Virus record (IMG/VR): IMGVR_UViG_2671180366_000014
Origin: a virus
Taxonomy: Duplodnaviria; Heunggongvirae; Uroviricota; Caudoviricetes
Reading direction: 5' to 3' (one strand)
Length of the DNA: 19,464 nt
Numbering within the stretch: position 1 is the stretch's first letter; each line of letters begins with the position of its first letter. The notes under the pieces were generated by a model. It saw only the letters and a program-made list of their open reading frames with translations, was not told the origin of the DNA and did no database searches. The translations under genes were made by a program, and so were the position numbers. Positions 1 to 7,940 of this stretch are shown piece after piece.

Positions 1-825
1 CTATTTCTTCTCTGTAATTTTTACACTGTTTTCCAACTGCTTGATGCTGACCTGCGGGGTCGGCAACTCCTCAGGCATGGTTCCGCCAAGTTCCTGAATG
101 GTTTGCCTCACCTTGCGACCCACGTCAAAGTGTGTGGTGTTTGCTTGCTGTTTTGAATTCACGCCATCCCGCTTGAGTTTTTCTTCTGTTTGGGTAGCTC
201 GAAAGAGATTAGCCGCCAGTTCTGTTGAACCCATATGATCCAGGATCTTCTGATTCTTTTTCAGCCCCTTCCGCTGATGAATAGCTTTCTGATCTAATCC
301 ACCATACAGCCCCCGGTAACCATGATTCTGAAATATGGCGAAATCGATAGCTGTCGCTCCCCCAGCTTGCTGCGCTGCCTCAACCAATTGTTTGTTATGT
401 TCTTTCAATTCATTTCTCAGAAAAAGACGCTTTTCGTCTTCACGAAGTTGCCTGAAAGCTTCATCGTCAGCCAGCTCCTGCCGTCGGGTCTGGATAGCAA
501 AATAAGTTTGCCCTGCCGCAATAACCGGTTTCGCAGGGTCGCCGTTTTGTACTACCAGGTAACAGGCATAGCGGGAGAGATGAACATCTTCAAGTTCTCG
601 TTGAGCCCCTGAACCTAATACAACCATTTTGGTGGTTTCAACGAAATGGTCAGATGCAGCTTGATTGCTGGCTTCGCACGCTTGAGTCGCGCGGGCCAGT
701 ACCTTTTGAAAATTGCGCCAGTCCCGATAATCCAGTAACGGTGCCAATTCTCTAGCTGACCAAAATTCTTGCCCTTCAGTGCCATAATGCCGTATTTCTT
801 CAAAAGGTTGATGATGTTCGTTCAT
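1..825 (-). CDS. dinD: DNA damage-inducible protein D (DinD family), 274 aa
   Basis: ORF 1..837 minus; preferred start is the 5th codon (ATG at 825), which has GGAG 6 nt upstream, whereas the ATG at 837 has no RBS. N-terminus MNEHHQPFEEIRHYGTEGQEFW recognised from memory as E. coli DinD; a LexA box sits 46 bp upstream. Identity is unverified without a search. Confidence 0.75.
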   Translation of the reverse strand: MNEHHQPFEEIRHYGTEGQEFWSARELAPLLDYRDWRNFQKVLARATQACEASNQAASDHFVETTKMVVLGSGAQRELEDVHLSRYACYLVVQNGDPAKPVIAAGQTYFAIQTRRQELADDEAFRQLREDEKRLFLRNELKEHNKQLVEAAQQAGGATAIDFAIFQNHGYRGLYGGLDQKAIHQRKGLKKNQKILDHMGSTELAANLFRATQTEEKLKRDGVNSKQQANTTHFDVGRKVRQTIQELGGTMPEELPTPQVSIKQLENSVKITEKK

Positions 826-870
826 TGCCCACTCCATGTGATATCGATTGCAAAGAAAGTAAATCTGTAA

Positions 871-886
871 CTGTATTTATATACAG
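871..886. promoter_or_regulatory. LexA operator (SOS box) CTGTATTTATATACAG upstream of dinD
   Basis: Matches the CTGT-N8-ACAG consensus with an AT-rich spacer; lies 46-61 bp upstream of the proposed dinD start. Confidence 0.6.
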
Positions 887-975
887 TTGTGAGTATCTCA
901 CGTTCTCAGTGTGCTGGGCAAAAAAACATCGCAAAATCTGGAGCAGGCACGCAAAACAGAATTGAAGTTGCGGGG

Positions 976-1010
976 AAGAAAAATGCCGCTCTGTTTGAGT
1001 GGGCGGCATT
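976..1010 (-). terminator. possible rho-independent terminator (minus strand)
   Basis: Inverted repeat AATGCCGC / GCGGCATT (982-989 and 1003-1010) with a 13-nt loop; on the minus strand the stem is followed by TTTTTCTTC. The loop is long, so this is weak. Confidence 0.3.
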
Positions 1011-1322
1011 TGTGAAGGCTGAAAAGTAAGAATTAGTGTTACGAGTTACTCAATATTGAATCTGTTTGTAGAGTATTGGCTTCAATGCCGCATTGTAGCT
1101 GGTTTCTTCCTAATGCGATTTTTGATTACGTACACCCTTATGTACACGGTTTTTTCGGGTGCTTTGGTCAAAAGCCATTGTCTACATCGCTCACGATCGA
1201 GGTGTGTAACCCTGTTCAGGCTTGTTGTACTGCGCACGCGTATTGCTCGTGAAATTGATTGTGAGAGGTAAGTTAATCGCTATTTTTAGGAAGTGTATTT
1301 ACATAGAATGGGGAAACGGACT

Positions 1323-1353
1323 AAAAAGCTGCCTGTATGATAGGCAGCTTTTT
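1323..1353. terminator. bidirectional rho-independent terminator
   Basis: AAAAAGCTGCCT-gtatgat-AGGCAGCTTTTT: GC-containing stem flanked by an A-run and a T-run, 18 bp downstream of the stop of the 254-aa minus-strand gene. Confidence 0.55.
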
Positions 1354-1370
1354 AGGCTTACTTATTCCAT

Positions 1371-2135
1371 TTATCGCATTTGTGCTTCTTCTTCACGAAT
1401 ACGCTGAATAGCATTTGCTAAACGCAATTTGGAGTTGTCATCCCAATCTTGGGTTCTTTGGCCTACTGGTGCACATGGGGTAATTGAACCACTAACCAGC
1501 ATTTGACGAACTTCAGCAACTTCTTGTGCACTGATAGAAACGTGTGGTGAATGTGGGTTTTTGGTATCCATAATCAGCCCCCTCTGCAATAGAGCTTCGT
1601 TTACTTCGCTAATGGTTGAAACAGAGTCTTCTACTAATGATGCGTTAGTCCTGAAGTCTAAAAAACGTACAGTGCCGCCAGTGTATGGGTCAAGCTTTTT
1701 AGATTCTTCAATTGCTGATCTTGCGCAATGGCTATACATCCAGTTTTGCGCAGCAGCACCGCATCCTGAGCCTGTAAAGACAGCGAACAGTTCTTCCGTT
1801 TCGTTATTTTTTACAACTAATTTTTGACCTTTATCAAAAATCACTTCATTAGTTGATTTTTTCACAATATGTAAATTTACCGATTGACCAGTAGGTAAAA
1901 CAACTGGTGGTTCTTGTTGAGATAGGTCTCCTCGCCACCAATGCTTCCATAACTGAATCAAAAGACCATCACCGGCTAAAAGCATAACAAAATCATTTCG
2001 TGGAGCTAGCTTACCGAAGCCGGTATCGTCAATATACAGGATATGACCATCGTAGCCATGTGGGCTAAGATCAACAGACCACCTAGAGTCGGTCGCTACT
2101 AAGGCGTTAACACGATCATATACCGTTGTAGTCAT
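1371..2135 (-). CDS. hypothetical protein, 254 aa
   Basis: Long ORF followed by a terminator hairpin; weak RBS; no recognisable motif. Confidence 0.6.
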   Translation of the reverse strand: MTTTVYDRVNALVATDSRWSVDLSPHGYDGHILYIDDTGFGKLAPRNDFVMLLAGDGLLIQLWKHWWRGDLSQQEPPVVLPTGQSVNLHIVKKSTNEVIFDKGQKLVVKNNETEELFAVFTGSGCGAAAQNWMYSHCARSAIEESKKLDPYTGGTVRFLDFRTNASLVEDSVSTISEVNEALLQRGLIMDTKNPHSPHVSISAQEVAEVRQMLVSGSITPCAPVGQRTQDWDDNSKLRLANAIQRIREEEAQMR

Positions 2136-2304
2136 TATAGATGCTCATAAACCATTAAGGTTCAAAAACTCTATAGCAAATGTTGAAAGAAGCAAATTGA
2201 TTATACTTATTAATGCGATGTTGGGTGTCTTGATCTTTTAGCTGATGCTATGCGAAAGCAACGACAGTTTTGCTTGGTCATTGTAGTAAGACACCTCCTT
2301 TGCT

Positions 2305-2592
2305 TTATCGTAGCTGGCAATCTTTATCGCGATAACGCCTGAAGTACCCTCTCGCTTCCTCATCCATACCAAGAGCCGAATGAGTCCGCTTAACTGCCTG
2401 TCTTAAATCTCCGAATCTGTCTGTAGTTGCTGGTGGGCGTGCCGCCTTACGGATACATTCAGAGCGTCTGTTTGCTGCATGTTCACGTTCTTTATCGCCA
2501 TCTGCCAGCATCATGACTTCTGCCCATCGTGCGGCAGCTCTCCGGTATAGCCCTTTTGACTCCAGCTCTTCAGCTTTCCTGTCCCTTATCAT
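2305..2592 (-). CDS. PerC-family-like small transcriptional activator, 95 aa (tentative)
   Basis: N-terminus MIRDRKAEELESKGLYRRAAARWAEVM resembles PerC/Pch-type regulators of enterobacterial islands, recalled from memory; small basic protein. Confidence 0.5.
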   Translation of the reverse strand: MIRDRKAEELESKGLYRRAAARWAEVMMLADGDKEREHAANRRSECIRKAARPPATTDRFGDLRQAVKRTHSALGMDEEARGYFRRYRDKDCQLR

Positions 2593-2621
2593 TTCTGCCT
2601 CTCAGATTATATAGATAAGCA

Positions 2622-2728
2622 AAAAGGTGTTGGTTCAGTTGGTTCAGTTGGTTCAATTTGTAAAGAGCGTTGTTTTTATTGTGTTTTTTCTAAAATATTG
2701 AACCAACATCAACTCATTTTGAACCAAC
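2622..2728. repeat. left iteron-like cluster: 3 tandem GTTGGTTCA (2629-2655) plus 2 inverted copies TGAACCAAC (2699-2707, 2720-2728)
   Basis: Read directly. 2622-2665 is the exact reverse complement of 10256-10299 (44 bp); the flanking copies mirror the right-hand cluster with indels. Confidence 0.85.
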
Positions 2729-3208
2729 AAAAAGTGTCCGTGAACTAACACTCTGTCAAATAGTCACTACATATATTAACGGTGAAGACTAAATCCGCCA
2801 GCAAATAGCTTATATAGCACCGCTTTATGCCGCAGTTATGCTGGAACAGTAATCATTTCACAGAACCGCCTAACTACTATATGGCACCTGCTAAAAAGCA
2901 CATCAGCCTAGTCAGTTGATCGGTGCATGGATATCCTAACAATTCAACTATATAACGTGATCTCCCATGTCGATCTACTGTCATGCAATGATTAACAAAC
3001 ACATAGACACATCTGCTTGGCGCATTGATTAATCACTGATCATCCATCAGGATATGCGAACCACCGTCACCAGGTTAGGATGATTCTCAAAAGCCACCTG
3101 TATTCAATGCCTTTGATGGGTTTCATCCATAGTTATTTTCTCGTGACTGACATGGAGATTTTGATTTCAAGGTGTGCAAAAACTATCGCAGAGTACAATG
3201 GAGCTCAA

Positions 3209-4165
3209 ATGACTGTGGCACCAAAAGATCAAAGTTTGAAATCTGTAAGGGTGGGCTTTTACACAAGCTCTGAGAATATTCGCACTAGTAACAAGGGGTT
3301 AACCGCAGAGGCCTTTAAAAATCTGTATGATCGGTGTTCTAAAGACTTCAAGATGACCCACTATGCAGACTTTGGTGAAAGAGAACTTAAAATTCATTTT
3401 CTAGACATCTCACCCGAGGATGGCTCCTACTTCGGATTCATGTCTCGAAGAAGAAAAAGCGCAACACTGGCATATATTACAGATAAAGAGTGGGTGGAAG
3501 AGAAAATCCCTCTAGCCGGGGCAAAGACTCTTTCAGAACGTACATACTTTATTTATTATCCTCAGACAGACATTCTAGTATTGTCTTTAAATCATTTAGG
3601 TCCACGCCATAGTGACTTAGCCTTCCTTCTTTTCAACTCCAGTGATCGCGGAGTCCCTGTTTCTTTTGAAGCCATTTGGAAAGAAGAAAGCATCAAAGAA
3701 CTACTCGAAACTGGATCCAATCTAAGAAGCTGCGAGATTTCTGTGGCCATCCCAAGAAACTTCAATGCCGCACAGTATCAACTCGATGGAATGTTCGCGA
3801 ATCAGATGATTGAGATGATCAGAGGCACCAGTTCAAGCCACCTGACTATTTCGTTACGCGGACATTCTCCATTAAAAAGAAAAGCAAAGGGATGGCTTGA
3901 GGATGACGTTAAAAAAAGCCTTAAGGAGATGCTAGAAAAGTTCCCTGGTGGTGATGGTCGTTTAACTTTTGAGAAAGCAAATGTTGTTGCTCAGGGCGAT
4001 AAAAAGAAGAAAAGTCTTGTAGACGAAGTTCTTACGGTAAAGAAGATGGTGCCTATCCAAGCAGATGGGTATCCGACCGATACTGACGTTAAAAATGCTA
4101 TGCTACAAGCAAAGAATGACAACCTTAGGTATCTAACCCAGTACTATTTGGTTAGTCAAACGTAA
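3209..4165 (+). CDS. hypothetical soluble protein, 318 aa (ORF opens at 3080)
   Basis: ATG at 3209 has GGAG 5 nt upstream; the ATG at 3080 has a poorly spaced AGG. Region looks AT-rich relative to the rest of the window. No motif recognised. Confidence 0.6.
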   Translation: MTVAPKDQSLKSVRVGFYTSSENIRTSNKGLTAEAFKNLYDRCSKDFKMTHYADFGERELKIHFLDISPEDGSYFGFMSRRRKSATLAYITDKEWVEEKIPLAGAKTLSERTYFIYYPQTDILVLSLNHLGPRHSDLAFLLFNSSDRGVPVSFEAIWKEESIKELLETGSNLRSCEISVAIPRNFNAAQYQLDGMFANQMIEMIRGTSSSHLTISLRGHSPLKRKAKGWLEDDVKKSLKEMLEKFPGGDGRLTFEKANVVAQGDKKKKSLVDEVLTVKKMVPIQADGYPTDTDVKNAMLQAKNDNLRYLTQYYLVSQT

Positions 4166-4177
4166 CAGGAATACATT

Positions 4178-4615
4178 ATGAGTTCTCGGAAATTGTTTGC
4201 TGCCAAGTCATTGTTTGCTCTAGCTATGGCTATTGCTGGTGCCCATTTTTTACACGACCTAGATCACAATGCTGTCATTTCGGCTGCTGGTGCTCTTTCA
4301 ACTATTTCTGGAGTTCTCTTTGGTTTTGTTTTGGCATCAGTCACCATGCTAAGTAGCTTTGATAGTTCAAAGGGAATTGTAGGCGCTCTAAAAAGTAACG
4401 GAGTACTAAAAGGCATTATTGAGGGGCTTTTTGATACAGGAACTACGCTGATCACAGCCTGCCTATTAGCAATGATCTCGATGTTTGCCCCTGTTGTCAG
4501 CAATCTGCCTCTGGATTATTATGCCCTGCTACTCGCAGGGGCATATTTGATTATATCAATGATAACTTTTTTCTTTAACTGGAAATCTTTATCTAAAATA
4601 ATAAGTTACATATGA
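4178..4615 (+). CDS. small integral membrane protein, 145 aa, about 4 predicted TM helices
   Basis: AGGAA 7 nt upstream of the ATG; starts 12 bp after the stop of the upstream gene; four hydrophobic stretches of ~20 aa. Confidence 0.7.
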   Translation: MSSRKLFAAKSLFALAMAIAGAHFLHDLDHNAVISAAGALSTISGVLFGFVLASVTMLSSFDSSKGIVGALKSNGVLKGIIEGLFDTGTTLITACLLAMISMFAPVVSNLPLDYYALLLAGAYLIISMITFFFNWKSLSKIISYI

Positions 4616-4952
4616 TAAATATTTCAAAATGAGTCCCCCTGCTACGGATAGTCCTTGGCTTAAAAAATACCGTCACCGCTGAATACCCACACAGTGCCCC
4701 CACCCATTTAGTTGGCATAATGTATTCAACTGATTGAGGAATGGCTCCTCTTTTACTACCAAACGGCCATCGCTGGCGCATTCATCCGCTGGTAGTGGAA
4801 CTTTTTAGCCATCAGCGCCTCCCTAAATCAGTTCCTTACATCGCTCAAATTCAACAACCATTGTTGTAATCTTGCTGCTATCAAGTAACGCCTTTGTATT
4901 ACGCCGACTTTATCTTGCCAGCAACATACGCCATCCGATAATTTCGATGTTA

Positions 4953-4968
4953 CGCGCGCGTACTTGTC
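4953..4968. repeat. 16-bp direct repeat CGCGCGCGTACTTGTC, copy 1
   Basis: Exact match to 5239-5254; a partial third copy GCGCGTACT lies at 5331-5339. Sits in a non-coding gap. Confidence 0.7.
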
Positions 4969-5238
4969 GCAAAATATCAGACAAAAGCCAGATTCAGAAC
5001 GTCGTGATAACCACCAGCACAACATGAGAGGTCATGTAACGCGATTTATCACACCAGATACATGTGATTGGTGTACCCGCATAAAACATTGTCATAGCGC
5101 GTCCTGTGCGCATATACGCCGATAATCAACACATCACCACCACTCTGTCTCGTGTAGAGAACAGTTTCATGGTACTCCCCTCCATTGTGTGCGTACTGGT
5201 CGGACGCAGTTGCAAAACTTTTTGCAACTGATACCCCT

Positions 5239-5254
5239 CGCGCGCGTACTTGTC
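5239..5254. repeat. 16-bp direct repeat CGCGCGCGTACTTGTC, copy 2
   Basis: Exact match to 4953-4968. Confidence 0.7.
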
Positions 5255-5446
5255 TCGAAATTGGTGTTTTGCTGTGGCAGTGATATCAGAAAAATCTTCC
5301 TGTTTCACATAAAGCGGATATGCGCGTACTGTAACGACCCCATCAACGGGATCGGATTTGAAATCCTGACCCAAGCTATGTACCAAATGCCATGTCTTGG
5401 ATATATGATGATTGCCATTCTAAACAAAGCTAAAGGGAGGGTTGGT

Positions 5447-5803
5447 GTGAGGGGGCAGGCAGTTATAATTATTTTGTTGGGTTTAATTGTCGCAAAGTTA
5501 TACCCGACTTTATCGATGGTGTTTTTTGCCATTATTGGCGCAGCCATCTTTACTTATATCATTAAACATACCGCCTTGTGGTTCTATAAAATTGATATAG
5601 TTCAGAAGTTTGTACGTCCTGTGTCGATGTTATTACTAGCATTAATACCAATTGGTGTTGCTTATGTAATTGATGTTTTTTACCCTTCGGACACTGAAAG
5701 GTGGTTGATAGTTTTGTATTGTTATATTGGTGTAGCTCTCTTTTGTGGATTTCATTGGTGTTTCGAAAAGATCAATGACTCTATTTCAAAGAATAAAGAT
5801 TGA
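5447..5803 (+). CDS. small integral membrane protein, ~119 aa, about 4 TM helices (start uncertain)
   Basis: GTG at 5447 preceded by GGGAGG with 6-nt spacing; alternative ATGs at 5405/5408 lack an RBS. The upstream part of ORF 5189..5803 is not protein-like. Confidence 0.45.
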   Translation: MRGQAVIIILLGLIVAKLYPTLSMVFFAIIGAAIFTYIIKHTALWFYKIDIVQKFVRPVSMLLLALIPIGVAYVIDVFYPSDTERWLIVLYCYIGVALFCGFHWCFEKINDSISKNKD

Positions 5804-5822
5804 GGCCATCCGTGGCCATTCA

Positions 5823-7940
5823 CTAGTCATTATCTGGATCATTAGATAGCCAAGTAATGATGCCCAGTCTGGCGATGGTCCGTTTTTCCTGTTCAGGAAG
5901 AGAGTTAAAAAAACTCTTCCATTGAGGGGAGCGCCTGATACGTGAATCAACAATGTGCCCAGGCGCTTTTCCGTGTAGATTTTTTACTGCGCTCTGGAAG
6001 GCTGGCGAGGCAATTAATTTATCCGCAGCATCAGCCGCCCCTGCTCCACCAGCTAATCGAGCTTTACTCGCCAATCTTGCTCCAATATCAGCCCCAGCAA
6101 TGGCTCCAAGCGATCCAAAATGAGCGCCTACCATCGTGCCTATTTTTTGAATGTGTTTTGCTGCTAGTTCGTATGGAGCTGTTACCCGATTAAATCTGTT
6201 TACAAACTCATTCAGCTTACCAGTAGATATTTCATGCGCTTTAGCATTTTTTATTGCTCTGGCAACTTTGTATACATCATATAGTCCGCTCATTGTTTCT
6301 TTTGGCAAATGTTCAGCCAAAGTCTTTAGCTGTCCACTGTGTTGCAAGTTTTGCCACCAATCTGCAAAGCCAGATGGATTAAAGTCGGCCCCACGCTTCC
6401 CAGAGGAAAGCATATCTCTTAATGCTGTTCCTACTAGCTCCCTTCGCAATGTTCTTGATGGAGTATTTTGCATAATCTCACGAAACCCTCTCGCATCACC
6501 TTTTGCCATAGATTGAAGAGAATTCGTTACTTTATACGCTATATCCCCATTAAGTGTTTTCCCGCGAAGATTTACCATTTGCCTTTCTAAGTTTTTTCTC
6601 ATAGCTACAAGGCGTTGTGCGACTTCGAAATCTCGCAAGTATCCAGTATTGGATAAGACAGATTTTTGGTCTTCAGCTAAAGCTCCATATAGTCTTGATA
6701 GCGCTTCTTTATCAGCATCTTTGTATGGCCCCTGCTTTTTATTTAGGGCATCACCAACTAAACGCCTTTGCCTGTTTAAATTTGCATACGTTAGGATGCT
6801 ATCTGGGCCGGGGTTTATTGCTGTAAAAACTCGCTTTTCTATTGGGTCAAGATTATCCCACCCTCCTAAATCATCAGCGATTTTTTCCAGCATAGTGCTT
6901 GTGTTATTTGCTTCGACTTTTGTTCTTGGTGATAGAGCGGAATCAACACGTTTATATAACTGATCACTACGGTTTTTTAGTGCTTCCATTCTACTATTTA
7001 TCTGATAAATATATTTTTCGCTCATAGCTAACGCATCTGGCGCACCAGCAACATCATCGATTATCTTGCCAGCACTAGAGGCTAATTCGCTTATTGCTTT
7101 ATCTTCTTGAGCTTTTAACGCTGATCCTGTCCGTGACTTTAGGGCTTGCTCTACAGCTTGGTATTGCTCATTTCCTGATAAATGAGAAGGAAGAACTGAA
7201 TCAACATGAAGCCTATTTGCAGCCTCAACAATTTCTTTCTGAGGTTTTAGATCTAGCCCTTCAAGCGAAGAGGCAAGATTTGGGTTGCCTTGTGCAGATA
7301 ACTTACGAATTTTCTCTTCGGCAGGAGTAATCCCCTCAATATCTGGAATCGAAGAAACATTCTTCTTGGTTAATTTCCCAGCTATTTTATTAATTGCAGG
7401 GCCAGCAAGTTCGGCTACAGGGCCAGCCACAGCGCCAATAGCAGCGCCGGAAGCAACATCGCTATTTGTTCCATTGGCTACAATAGCCCCTTCTCCAGCA
7501 CCAAGCCCTGCGGCGGCAGCCAGTCTTGCCGCCCCTTTGGGAACCTGAGAAATAATCCCACCACCACTAACAAATGGCGCTGCTTGTCCAACGAACTCAC
7601 CAACATCTTGTGCGGTTGATGGTTTTGCCGCTAACTTCTGCTGTAGAGACTGAATTGCGGCTTGCTCTTCTGGTGTCATATCCTGAAACAGGCCAACACC
7701 TTTACCAACATCCATCAATCCACTGAGAACGCCATACATAAAACGGTCGAAACCGTTAGCATTATTAACAACATTTTCCTGTCTGGAATTTTCCTCTGGT
7801 GAAACCAAAGGTGATTGCTGCTGTTCTGGTTGGGCATCAAGCACAAAACCATCAGGAAGCTGTGAACTATCAGGAAACTGTGAGTTATCAGGTTGTTCAT
7901 CGAGCACAAAACCTTCCGGTAAGATTACATTTGCTGCCAT
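5823..7940 (-). CDS. hypothetical large protein, 705 aa, Ala/Gly-rich with glycine-zipper-like segments
   Basis: AGGAA 6 nt upstream of the ATG; start overlaps the end of the upstream gene by 16 bp. N-terminal tandem repeat LPEGFVLDEQP / LPDGFVLDAQP. Confidence 0.8.
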   Translation of the reverse strand: MAANVILPEGFVLDEQPDNSQFPDSSQLPDGFVLDAQPEQQQSPLVSPEENSRQENVVNNANGFDRFMYGVLSGLMDVGKGVGLFQDMTPEEQAAIQSLQQKLAAKPSTAQDVGEFVGQAAPFVSGGGIISQVPKGAARLAAAAGLGAGEGAIVANGTNSDVASGAAIGAVAGPVAELAGPAINKIAGKLTKKNVSSIPDIEGITPAEEKIRKLSAQGNPNLASSLEGLDLKPQKEIVEAANRLHVDSVLPSHLSGNEQYQAVEQALKSRTGSALKAQEDKAISELASSAGKIIDDVAGAPDALAMSEKYIYQINSRMEALKNRSDQLYKRVDSALSPRTKVEANNTSTMLEKIADDLGGWDNLDPIEKRVFTAINPGPDSILTYANLNRQRRLVGDALNKKQGPYKDADKEALSRLYGALAEDQKSVLSNTGYLRDFEVAQRLVAMRKNLERQMVNLRGKTLNGDIAYKVTNSLQSMAKGDARGFREIMQNTPSRTLRRELVGTALRDMLSSGKRGADFNPSGFADWWQNLQHSGQLKTLAEHLPKETMSGLYDVYKVARAIKNAKAHEISTGKLNEFVNRFNRVTAPYELAAKHIQKIGTMVGAHFGSLGAIAGADIGARLASKARLAGGAGAADAADKLIASPAFQSAVKNLHGKAPGHIVDSRIRRSPQWKSFFNSLPEQEKRTIARLGIITWLSNDPDND

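Noticed and set aside
322-612. Plus-strand ORFs antisense to dinD and similar antisense or embedded ORFs (for example 6151..6516, 6649..6963, 7285..7548, 10105..10311, 11295..11582, 18569..18916)
   Set aside because: All lie inside longer, better-supported genes on the opposite strand or in another frame, and have low-complexity translations.
2629-2655. Tandem 9-bp repeats considered as a possible CRISPR array
   Set aside because: The units are 9 bp and contiguous with no spacers; the opposite end of the cargo has the same units in inverted orientation. This is an iteron or operator-type array, not CRISPR.
3080-4615. Assigning the two-gene module to the Kiwa family (4-TM KwaA plus KwaB)
   Set aside because: The gene order is reversed relative to what I recall, the membrane protein is smaller, and I cannot verify any domain match without a profile search. 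Left as unclassified.
5126-5386. Minus-strand 86-aa ORF (and 4828..5025) in the non-coding gap
   Set aside because: Opens on TTG with no RBS; the only notable feature is that it spans a copy of the 16-bp DNA repeat, which accounts for a shared DKYAR peptide with 4828..5025.
5801-5822. Hairpin GGCCA-TCCG-TGGCC between the convergent genes at 5803/5823 as a terminator
   Set aside because: Only a 5-bp stem and no T-run on either strand.
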